From positions 1-25,000 of the forward strand of contig JAKLZA010000017.1 in NCBI GenBank assembly GCA_030704615.1: a stretch of 25,000 bases of DNA, read 5' to 3'. A program made the translations under genes and the position numbers. Each line of letters begins with the position of its first letter. Position 1 is the first letter of the stretch. The stretch is from Takakia lepidozioides (lineage: Eukaryota > Plantae > Bryophyta). The notes below the pieces were generated by a model. It was not told where the DNA came from. It saw only the letters and a list, made by a program, of their open reading frames with translations, and made no database searches. Positions 8,531 through 18,433 of the stretch are shown here, piece after piece.

Positions 8531-11104
8531 ATGCCTGTGTGGCCACGGATCATGCGCTTGGCGCCCAAGGAATTTCTTCCCCGCATTTGCACGGGATTGG
8601 GATTTGTGGGTAGGTCTGATTTTCACACGCGGGGTGTTGCAAGGGGGCAGTCTAGCTGGGCAAGTTTGTTGGCGATGACAAATGTGACCAAGAAGAATTT
8701 CACGGAGGCTTATAAGCAGTTGAAGGGGCACATGAAAGCTGCAGACTTCGTGGCGATTGATCTGGAGATGACAGGGGTGGAGAGCACACTGTGGCGACGG
8801 AACCAGGAAATGGATTCGTGCGAGACCCGGTACCAGAATCTGAAGCACTCTGCTGAGAAGTTCGCAGTGTGGCAATGTGGAGTTTGCCCGTTCAAGTGGG
8901 ACCCAGCTGGTAAAAAGTACATTGCATACCCATACAATTTCTTCATATTTCCACGCAGTGAGCTGCAGATGGACATACCTGCACGGGGTTTTTTCTGCCA
9001 GACCTCATCTTTAGAGTTTCTGGCAAAGCATAACTTTGATTTCAATACATGTATATATGAGGGCATTTCATACTTAACCAAGGACCAAGAGACTGCTGCA
9101 AGGGTGCACTACGGGTTGGATCCTGATGAGAGTGTGAAAAAGAAGCAGAGCAGGATAGAGGAGCCGGAGATCCCACTATCGAGATCTGGGGATGTGATGT
9201 TTGTGGAAAAGATTCGAGCCCAAGTAGGTCAGTGGCGGGATAGGCTGCTTAGTACCCAACAGAAGTGGCAGTCGACCGGCAGCAGGGGAGGGAAATTGGT
9301 GCAGTCGTCCCCATTGCAGTCAGATGACAGCAACGCAGGCCTGGCAATTGCAAAGGAGGAGGTTGTCATTGGAGCAGGGCTAGGTGGCCTGCGCCCCTCG
9401 CTTGTGGTGGACCTGAACCTCCACGTGCAGTCACGTCTCGTTAAGCAGGTTTTGCGCCAGCACTTTCCAGACTTAGTGGGGGTGCTGATAGACAAGCAGG
9501 GTACAGTGGAGCGGAGTCAGATGCGTATCATCTTCACGAATTCCAAAGAGGACAGGGCCAAGCTACTAGAGGAGTTGGAGCAGGAGGAGAGAAATGCACT
9601 GGAGATGCGCATATCAGAGGCTGTTGGCTTTCGGAAAGTCATCGATGCAATCGCAGAGTCAGGTCTTCCTTTGGTTGGGCACAACTGTATTCTTGACATG
9701 GCACACTTTCATGATAAATTTATAGGCCCTCTGCCACCAAGTGTGGCCCAATTTTCAACTTCCTTGCAGACGCAGTTTCCTTGTATTATGGATACTAAGT
9801 ACCTTTTGAGATCAGAGCCTACACTAAGAGGAGTGTTAGCTAACAGAAGCACATCTTTGGCCATTGTCTTCGCACACATCTGCCAGGGTTTTGCAGATCG
9901 GGCAGTGGCATCTGGTAGATTTCACTTTGGGAAGGGAAAGATTCTTAACACGTCATTTTCTAAAGTTGCTGTGGAGGTTCCAGAGGACTTTCAAAGATAT
10001 GGAGGACCCAAGGAGACAGGCCTGAAGCATGAAGCAGGCTTTGATGCTTACATGACAGGGGCAGTCTTTGCCCAGGCCTGTCATATCTTGCAAATTGATG
10101 CAACCACGATTCGGAGTCTACCACAGGCGGTGAAGGGGTGCGAAGCTGGTTTGGCCACCTATGCTAATCTCTTGGCACTGGGCTGGGTGGGCAACATGGC
10201 GCTTGATCTGAGCTCTGGAAAGAAAGCTTCTGGTGTGAAAGCATTTCGTGGTCCACATCCAGCTGCCAACAACAACTCCAACAGTGTGGTGCTGGTATGG
10301 GGGTTTCCTCCCGGGCACAAGGAGCACAACGTGCGGACAATGGTGCATAAGATTTTCAACCGCGAGAAAAGATACCCTACTGTGGACATTTCCTTAGTGG
10401 ATGATAGTGCAGCATTTGTTAATTTCAAGAGTCCTCACATCTTGGGTCAGTTTCTACACATCATGCGCGGGCCACTTAGCGGTTTTGCCTCTGAGATGGT
10501 CGCCAAAGGCTTACGAGCTGCACCCTATGAGGTTTACAACGAGCTTTGTAAGTCACCTCTGTCTACAGAACGGCTTGCAGACTCAGCACAGATTCTAGGT
10601 TTGGATAAGTATTTATTTGGAGACAGTGGCGGCATTGTTGAGTCGGGGGTGGCTGCACCTGTGACTGTTGAGGCACCGCCAGTCTTTGACTTCCAAGATC
10701 CAGCAGTGGAAGGTGCAACCAAGGCAAATGAAGAGGTGGAACAACATTTTCCAGTCCCCCCAGATTGGGGCGATACCACCAGAGACCCTTTGACTGAATC
10801 TGGGGAGGCTGAGGTGTCAGTGGAAAAAGAGGTAGCAGAGTTAGCTGTAGATAGTCTTGGAGAGGTAGTCGGTGGCAAAAGTAGCTGGATGAGCGGCAGC
10901 ACAGGTCAGGAGACTTTGCAAGTAGCAACAGTTGGTAGCAGGGACAGTAGCAGGGATGATAAGGACTTTTCAGCATTACAATGTAGTCATAGTAATTGGA
11001 TGAAGCGATCAATTAGTGAGGATCAACCTTCACCTGTTGCTACGCCTAGTGTTAAAAAATCAAGGACTGGAGACCCCCGAGGAGGTAGTGACAGTAAAGA
11101 TTAA
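8531..11104 (+). CDS. PARN: Poly(A)-specific ribonuclease PARN (CAF1/DEDDh family, AHG2-like), single-exon ORF of 857 aa
   Basis: DEDDh catalytic motifs AIDLEMTG, VGHNCILD and KHEAGFDAYMTG; PARN motifs YPYNFFIFPR, FFCQTSSLEFLAKHNFDFNTCIYEGISYL, AVGFRKVID, DTKYL; RRM-like segment VVLVWGFP...VDDSAAFVNF. The 48-aa N-terminal extension is Arg-rich and acid-poor, like a mitochondrial transit peptide. Confidence 0.95.
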   Translation: MPVWPRIMRLAPKEFLPRICTGLGFVGRSDFHTRGVARGQSSWASLLAMTNVTKKNFTEAYKQLKGHMKAADFVAIDLEMTGVESTLWRRNQEMDSCETRYQNLKHSAEKFAVWQCGVCPFKWDPAGKKYIAYPYNFFIFPRSELQMDIPARGFFCQTSSLEFLAKHNFDFNTCIYEGISYLTKDQETAARVHYGLDPDESVKKKQSRIEEPEIPLSRSGDVMFVEKIRAQVGQWRDRLLSTQQKWQSTGSRGGKLVQSSPLQSDDSNAGLAIAKEEVVIGAGLGGLRPSLVVDLNLHVQSRLVKQVLRQHFPDLVGVLIDKQGTVERSQMRIIFTNSKEDRAKLLEELEQEERNALEMRISEAVGFRKVIDAIAESGLPLVGHNCILDMAHFHDKFIGPLPPSVAQFSTSLQTQFPCIMDTKYLLRSEPTLRGVLANRSTSLAIVFAHICQGFADRAVASGRFHFGKGKILNTSFSKVAVEVPEDFQRYGGPKETGLKHEAGFDAYMTGAVFAQACHILQIDATTIRSLPQAVKGCEAGLATYANLLALGWVGNMALDLSSGKKASGVKAFRGPHPAANNNSNSVVLVWGFPPGHKEHNVRTMVHKIFNREKRYPTVDISLVDDSAAFVNFKSPHILGQFLHIMRGPLSGFASEMVAKGLRAAPYEVYNELCKSPLSTERLADSAQILGLDKYLFGDSGGIVESGVAAPVTVEAPPVFDFQDPAVEGATKANEEVEQHFPVPPDWGDTTRDPLTESGEAEVSVEKEVAELAVDSLGEVVGGKSSWMSGSTGQETLQVATVGSRDSSRDDKDFSALQCSHSNWMKRSISEDQPSPVATPSVKKSRTGDPRGGSDSKD

Positions 11105-13165
11105 AGTTTTGTTCGTCATTGGAAGGTGGCAGGTGTCTTGTCAAAAGGTCAACTGTTTTACTCGCAGGTGTACATTTGTCGTTACAATAAGTCTAGTATG
11201 ACCAAATTATGTGAGTGGCTTCTAGAGGCTGCTTCTATTGTTGTTCCTTCCAGACACACCACTCCCAATTTGCTCTGGCCATTCATTTTGAAACTAATAC
11301 TACATCCTTGCAGACTTATTTAGGGGCATTGGGAAGAGAGACCTCCTTTTCCTGCTGAAGCCAAAGGTGGAAATTTCTCACATTCACTGACTGACCGTGC
11401 TTGTCTGCAGGATGGCACGACAGTTGCTGGTTTGCTTCTTTAATTTGCTGTTTGGATATAAACTGGACATTGCAGTTGCCATTTTGGAAGGTTTGTAACC
11501 AGGTAATCTGTAAATCAAACCACAAGGACTTAACTAGGAGCTATGCATAAGCTCTGTGAAATGTGCTTCTGTATTCAAGCTTCATTACCAGTGCAAATGG
11601 AAACTGACAATTATATTTTTATACATGATTGTATATTGCGGACATCCTTAGGGGAACAACACTCTAGAGAGCTACTCGCCGATTTCCTTGGGGCCACCTT
11701 TTTGGCTTCCACATCTGCATAGCTGACTCAACCCCAGCAAAAATGCATACAAGTCATCTGTCCTCTGTCCAAGAATGTGTACAGCGCGACAGTGCATTCC
11801 ATTCAATATGGCTGAACACCTAAGCCAAATTTCTGAATCAGAATTGTAATGTGCAAATATAAGTAACTATCTCTACTGGGATGCAGGAAGGCCTGACTGA
11901 CTTTAGTACCTTTCTGAGTAGAAATGTCAGCTCTCACATGCACTATGGTGTCTGATGGTCATCATTTTGTTAGCACCTTCCCTGCTGTCAGGCTTCTCCT
12001 GTGAACCGTTTGACAGGACGTTCCCAGGCTGCTCTTGACGAAATTAGAGCAAGGCTTCAAGAGCCAACTCCTACCAATTTCTAGACCAAGTCAAGATCTG
12101 GCAACACAGACCCACTAAAAGTGAGACTGGAGAGCTATTTTCCCAGAGAGGCCACCTTTTCACCCAATCTGTGGACATCAGGAGACCATCACCCCATTTA
12201 ACATTTCATAACCCCCAGAGAGAATGAAAAGACTTCCCTACAAAGAACTTCAATCTACAAAAAACTCATTTATTTTTTGGACTGCCTTGTCAGTACTTGA
12301 GGTATGACAAAGGCTAATGTTGACTGTGGCGTGGTGAAGCATGAGTGCTGGAGCTGCAACAACGCCGCCTGAAAACCTTCATGGCTGCTTCATTCAACAT
12401 ACAAAATGGCCCATCCTCTCCTCTCTTAATTTTATGTACACCCTTATACCATGAGGGAGAATTTTCTGCTGGCATTGTGTACCAGAGTCACAAAAGAACT
12501 GGTAGTGGAGTTTCCTCCCAACCTAAACAGAAAATCAGCCTGCAATTGCCCTGACACTCCACTGATTTTCTCTCACCACGAGGTTGATTTGGTGTTGATT
12601 AAGGACTTCTAATGTCATCATACTAGGATTGCATGGGTGTTGATTGACCCCAAGAAGAGCCTCTATGTCCAACAAATTGTGAGTATTTCAAACAGAGGAG
12701 AAAGAGAAAACTGACATGAGCCCCTAGGATCAGAATGTTAGACTACAGACAGCCAAGCAGTGCTTTCAAAAGATGTATTCGATTAAATCCGCTTCCAATA
12801 CTGAGAAAGTCTACAACAGCTAAGTAGGTGTTTCTCACTGTATGCGCAATTGATACGCTGTACCAACACGTAACTGCATCCTTTCCAACGACACTAATTG
12901 TATGTTTGACTATGGACTAAACCCTAACAAGGACTTCGGATGGGATACTTCGCACCAAAAAGAGCTTTATGAAAAGAAGGGGATGGGTATGAAATGGGTC
13001 CCCAGAGATGTGGGGCCATCCTCACTCTGCCGTTGAATGTAGATGCACATTGGTCACAGTGGTCTGTATGTATGTATCAAAGGACGATGTTTACTTCTAT
13101 CTACATTCTGCCGTGGATGCAAATGGGATTCTGCCGCATTCGCACAATTCTCCCTGCAAATGCAT

Positions 13166-13633
13166 TTACACCTCGGCCTTCTTCATGTCTGGAAAGTCAT
13201 CATCGTCACTATCCGCATCATCACCCCCTTCGAAATTCGAGAAGTCGTTCATGCCACCCATATCAAAGTTGTCAAGTCTGGGAGCATCCTGCTCCTCGTC
13301 CTCATCAACCCATTTGTTCCAGTCCACCTTCACATAGGAGGGTGCCTTGCCCTCGGACTTGAGCAATCTCTTCCACCACCCTTTATCTTGCTTCTCAATG
13401 ATGCAGAACGTGTGCCGCAGGCCAGCGCTGATCTTGCTTGCATCCACATTCACCTTTCCGAAAAGCTCCAGATCCGTTGCGAATATCTGGTTGTCGGAGC
13501 CCACAGGCGCAGAGAAGATAAACCGGCCATCAGGCTCCAACTTGACTTGTGGGTTCTTCGCATCGGGTAACTCCACAGTCAAGAATACCTTGTCAGATCG
13601 TTGCGCCCAGAGCAGTTCCGGATGGCGGCTCAT
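13166..13633 (-). CDS. p23: p23 / Sba1-like Hsp90 co-chaperone (CS domain plus acidic tail), uninterrupted CDS of 155 aa
   Basis: MSRHPELLWAQRSDKVFLTVELPDAK, WWKRLLK and KVDWNKWVDEDEE are hallmark plant p23 motifs, followed by a Met/Gly/Asp-rich tail. Confidence 0.96.
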   Translation of the reverse strand: MSRHPELLWAQRSDKVFLTVELPDAKNPQVKLEPDGRFIFSAPVGSDNQIFATDLELFGKVNVDASKISAGLRHTFCIIEKQDKGWWKRLLKSEGKAPSYVKVDWNKWVDEDEEQDAPRLDNFDMGGMNDFSNFEGGDDADSDDDDFPDMKKAEV

Positions 13634-14317
13634 CTCGCTCTATGAACAATCTAAGCCGCAGTTACAACCCTACAATGCAAAATGCGCGAAGCAAGCAAGC
13701 AATTAATCAGCACTCGCTCTAACTTAAACACGAGATGGAGATGCAGATCAAGCTCTTCCTCACCAAAACGATGTGGAGAGTCTGACAACTGATCCAATTC
13801 CTCACATAACTATGAGGAGCTCCCAAATAGATGACAACTATTGTCTGGTATGCGATAACTAGAAACCTGCAGAGTTCTAGAAGCTAGAAAACCCAGAACA
13901 GATGAGATGCCAACAGATCCTGCAGCGACAGTCCGCCTTCTAATTTCCCGAACTCTGGAGGAAGTTAGCATATCCGTCGCTCATCCACAACCCTCTCCGA
14001 AACATCTTTTCTGTCGATGTTTTCTTGGTGATACAATGATGATCTCGCAGTAAGAAGATCGCTCGCTGCGATCGTCTTCATCATCATACATCATCTTCCA
14101 TCCATCTCACAGGTCGACCGTTAAATATAGGCGGGCCCGTGACACCCGGGGAAAAGGAGGGTCGTGTCTTCACTGACAATCTGCACAGTGTACCGAAAAG
14201 GGATTTCAACGTCTTCTTCTGATTGTGGAAAGGCTTGGGAGGGTGGAAGAGAGACGTATAGATTGTGGGTTCGGAGCACTGGCAATGCATGCAGGATAGG
14301 AAGACGGGGGCCTCGCA
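13634..14317. promoter_or_regulatory. Compact bidirectional promoter/leader region shared by p23 (-) and GIF (+)
   Basis: Only 684 bp separate the divergent start codons. TATA-like CTATATTTAA on the minus strand at 14130-14121. A p23 5'UTR intron is likely at 13763-13640 (G|GTGAGG ... TTCATAG|AGCGAG-ATG). Confidence 0.55.
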
Positions 14318-14858
14318 ATGGCCGGGTATGCTGGAACCACCATCACCACCGAGCTTATCCAGAAGGTGAGCCCTGAGGACCAATTTGGAAAAAGAACTCG
14401 AAATGAGGCTTCAAACTGTTCCGCTGTCTTGTTTGCAAACAAGTTGGCCGATGTGAGGGCTTGAAAATGGCCGTGAAGTTTGTGGCGCAAGAGACAATTG
14501 GGGCGGAGATAATGTGTGTAGAGTATTATTCTTCCTGGCAACGTTAGACACAGCCTTGAAACAGGTTCACTACGTCGTTTGAAGACTTGTTAGGTCTTAA
14601 AAGGGGCCAAGTGTTAACGCGTCTCTTAAGCGATTGAGGTCTTCACTACGTTGGAAACAGGGACCATAGCGTGACCACACTTACGACTTCATCCTTGTCT
14701 CTTTGTCTCCTCTCGTCTGAATTTGATGAAGTTTTTTGTGAAGTGTTTTCTTGAGAACTAGTCAAACTTACTTGCACACATCAGTCTCAAGACTAGAGGG
14801 AGCCTTCCATTATGCCATCCTCCCGCCTACCCTTCTCTGTTCCGTTGGACACCGGGTA

Positions 14859-14895
<37 letters not shown>

Positions 14896-16807
14896 AACTT
14901 GTCTCAGTCCTTTACCTTCTTAGGAGCTGAAGTGATGGAAAGTGGGCCTGGGGAAGGCAGTATCTGGACGAGAACAAGCAGCTCATACTTGCGATTCTTG
15001 ACAACCAGAACCTGGGGAAGCTCAACGAGTGCGCCACGTGAGTCTCCCTTCCTCTCTTGCTTTGTCATCAGCCCGCAAGCAAACCTGCACACCTGAACTG
15101 TGTCCTCACCAGAGTTATAGCACTTGATTGTCTACATCACCATTCACTAGGATCTTTGTCATTCGTCAAATCTTCAACACCATCGTCATTACTATATGTA
15201 AGTTTGTCATCATTATCCTTTCTATCATGCGCCAATTGTTCTTCATCTTCGTCTTCGTTCATATCACCATGAACTTCCTGGCTGTCATTACAATTACCAG
15301 AAACTCACCTATTTCACTCCCTAGGAATGCAATCACTGGTAAACGGAGATGATATTTTAAAAAGGAGCAATTCTTCTGAAAAGCTAAAGAAAAAACAAGA
15401 TCGCCATTATATCATTATTCTATCATCCATGATCCATACAATGCAGCATTACAGAAAAGGGGGAGAATCAGAGGTCATTAGCTTGACATTTCTCCATTTT
15501 TCTCTTAAAGAAAGTGTATTGTTCTTCAGATTTTCTCAAGTAATCAGGCAAAAGCTTCTCTACAGGTCTTGAATTTGAAAGTGTGTTTCCCAAGAAGTAC
15601 TTGAATGTTTCCACAGATCTCCAAAGATTGTCATTCACTATGCAATTGTAAATATGATCCATTGTGACAGTCATCAAGACTGTTTCTGTAGCAGTTCGAG
15701 TTTGATTTTTGAATTTTACTCTCAGGGGATCTGCAACATTCTGACATTCTAGTGCTATGATGCAAAGACCAAATCGATTGACCAGAATTGACTAGTGTGG
15801 TGTATTTTTAGCAGTCCGTTGCACGCGCTCACCTTTCCAACTCCTCCATGGTTTCCTCTGTATAGTTCCTGACCACAAGACAAGGGGTTTGTAGGTACCA
15901 AGCAAAGCTCCAGAAGAATTTGATGTACTTGGCGGCTATAGCTGATGCACAGCCACAAGCTCCTGCCTCTGTCACACAGGTTTTTCTTCTCATTTCCTTT
16001 CATTTTTAAGGGACTGGGTATGAATGAAAACAGAAGTGTTAGCTGGTTGCCAAAGCAGCCCCCTTCGTCTACTGCATCCAGATATGTCAGTTGTAGACTT
16101 CTACATACAGTGATCCAACATAATCCATGTTATCCTATATGAGTATCTGAGAGAATCTCTAATTAATCAGTCTCCCTCTCTTTCTCTCATAATCTCTTTC
16201 ATCTTATTTTCGTCTGTGGCCCCCTCCCCTCTTCTCTCCAACAAAGCGGGTTGTGAAGCTTGTGGGCCCAGAAAGCTATGAAAAATAAAATCTTAATGCA
16301 ATCATCCATCTCAAGATGTGTCCGGGCTCGGTGATGCAGCCAGGACAAACCTACATGCAGCAGCAACAGCAATCCATGAGTGGGGTGCGGAACTCCATCC
16401 CATTCAATATGTCACAATCGCCAGCCCCAACCCACCAGTCACAGCAGTCCCTTCATGAGCAACAGGGGCTGGTCATGGGAGGTGGAGGAGGGCTCAGGGG
16501 AATGGAGGACTTGATTGATAATGAGCCCAATATGGGTGGTAACGGTCTCACTTCATCAGGAGAATTTTCCGATTATGCACAAAATGTGAATGCTGGAGGA
16601 TCAGGAAACGGGCGGATCCAGACTAGCAGTATGGGTCTTGGTGGAGCTGATATGAGTGGGGCTGGAGGTGGGCCACTGGATATGGCAGTCTCAACCGGGA
16701 GCATGGGACCAGGATCACTTGCTGGTGATGGGGCTTCAGAGGCTGGCCACAGTGCAGATGAATTGGAGTCCTCCTACCTGAAGGCCACTGATGAGGAAGG
16801 AAACTGA
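14318..16807 (+). CDS. GIF: GRF-interacting factor (SSXT/SNH-domain co-activator, AN3/GIF family), ~233 aa; exons 14318-14365, 14961-15037, 15895-15979, 16316-16807
   Basis: Spliced translation: MAGYAGTTITTELIQK|YLDENKQLILAILDNQNLGKLNECAT|YQAKLQKNLMYLAAIADAQPQAPASVTQ|MCPGSVMQPGQTYMQQQQQ...YLKATDEEGN*. All introns are GT-AG (donors GTGAGC, GTGAGT, GTTTTT), and phases 0, 2, 0 are mutually consistent. Confidence 0.94.
14861..14892. repeat. (TC)16 microsatellite in GIF intron 1
   Basis: Perfect dinucleotide run read directly; a possible GAGA/BPC-type element. Confidence 0.95.
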
Positions 16808-17460
16808 GGAATGGCAGAGGTCACGACGACTCTTCTCTTCCCCCTTTCTCTTTCTCTCTCTGGCTCTTTCTCCCCTCAGCAGCTCAAAACTTCCAGTTTC
16901 GAAGAGCCTTTTGGCTCCTGCTGTAGTAAAAAGAAGAAGCAAGGGTACATAGCAGCAGTCCATGCCATCAGTCTGGCAACTGATATTAAGCGAGAACTGT
17001 TCTGCTTACACTCTGGAATGGAACAAGAGAGAATGGATGTAACATTTTTTTCCACAGCATCCCTTTGCTGTTCGGCCACTAGGACCACTAGGAACACCTA
17101 ATTTTTCAACGATACCTCTCTTCTTTGGTACCAGGGCACTGGATGAGCACTTGAATACTTACTCCCAGAAACTTTCCAAGACTAGAAAAACTCTTCAATG
17201 TACAGTTAGGTCACGCCCTAAGCAGCTGTTCCTTCCTCTGCCAGTTTGGCAGAGCAAGAACAGTGTGCAGGCAGACTCACCCACCCTTCCACCCACCCCC
17301 AACGAGGCAAGCCACGTTCATCTACCAAACACCCCACGAAGCTGCTGCCGAAGGTGCGAGGAGAAGCCTGTGACTGGACGAATGAAATATGTTGAACGAA
17401 TGACGCACGTCCAGCGTTGGGGATGGATGACACATGAGCGCGCTTACTGCCACCGGTCAA

Positions 17461-17745
17461 GACACGTGTCCCTGTTCATCAAAGACAACAGATCCTTTCC
17501 GGATACAACGGGTCATACGTTTGACCAACAGTTCGTGCGATGTTTCAGTGGTCAGCTACGGTGGCCGGTCTGGAGTTCGAATCCCGTGGGGCGTAAGATA
17601 TGTGAAATCTATGTGGGGTGAGCAAAGCTGTAGGCCGTTGGTCTAGCATCGGACGGCGAAGCAATGGGGAACGTGGGGCCGGGCCATTGAGGCTCTTTAG
17701 CTGCGGTATATGCACCCAACGTCCGACACGTGGATTGGCCCAATG
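17461..17745. promoter_or_regulatory. Putative NAD kinase promoter with G-box/ABRE, DRE-core and CCAAT motifs
   Basis: Palindromic GACACGTGTC 17461-17470; ACGTGG 17671-17676; CCGAC overlapping ACACGTGG 17723-17733; ATTGG-C-CCAAT inverted CCAAT pair immediately downstream. The region is CpG-rich and lies upstream of the NADK leader. Confidence 0.45.
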
Positions 17746-18433
17746 GAGCCTCGAGAAAGGCTCCAGAATGTTGTGAGCGAGATGCAGTGGTGGTGTTGGA
17801 TACACTGAGGATTTGCTTGGCTGAGTATCCGCGTGTGGAGCTGTTGGACTGCCCAATTGGCTTGTTGCAGGGTTTTGTGTGCTTGGCAGGGTATGAGAGA
17901 GGTGGAGATGGAGATGGATAGGAGCGGGGGAATTGTTCTTGGTTTGTAGGATGTTGTAGCGGGAATTTGTAGTATTTAGCTTGGGAGAGGTTGATTATTT
18001 CTTGCTTCTTGTGTTTTTCCTGAGCAGGTGTGAGAGAGCGATCGCATTTTCGTTGCGTGTCGTTGAAAGGGGAATACAGGATAGAGAGGGACGTTGTTAC
18101 TTTAGCAGGTTGTTTCGAAGGGGTTTACAGGGGTAGGCAAGCTCGTTATTGGTTATTAAGGGAGTGGAGAGGTCGGAAGAGAGAGAGAGAGTGGAGGATT
18201 GGCTGAGTTGGTGGAGGGAACAAATTGAGGAAGGATAAGGTCCACAACGGCCGACAGTGTGCTAAGCACGAGAGTGTTATCCGCACAAATGAATTGCCTC
18301 TAGCCAGCTCCAACATGGGACACTTCCATCTCATATCACAGGTTTCCTCCCGTTATCGCTGACTTCGTCAACATTTGTATCGTTCAAAATATGTGTATGT
18401 CTCGATGTAAAACAACATAGTATTGTCTTCATC

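Noticed and set aside
8411-11012. Antisense ORFs of up to 154 aa over PARN
   Set aside because: Codon-bias shadows with no domain features.
12919-12927. Telo-box AAACCCTAA
   Set aside because: Single copy in a 3' region; compatible with chance.
12994-13706. Plus-strand ORFs of up to 175 aa opposite p23
   Set aside because: Antisense shadows of the p23 CDS.
13875-13952. Heat-shock-element-like TTCnnGAA at 13875 and 13945 in the p23 leader
   Set aside because: Only two units each; a canonical HSE needs three.
16316-16807. Stand-alone 163-aa Gly/Gln-rich protein
   Set aside because: It is the last exon of GIF.
17151-17921. ORFs of 156, 103 and 80 aa between GIF and NADK
   Set aside because: GC-rich promoter-like DNA, mostly non-ATG starts, no motifs.
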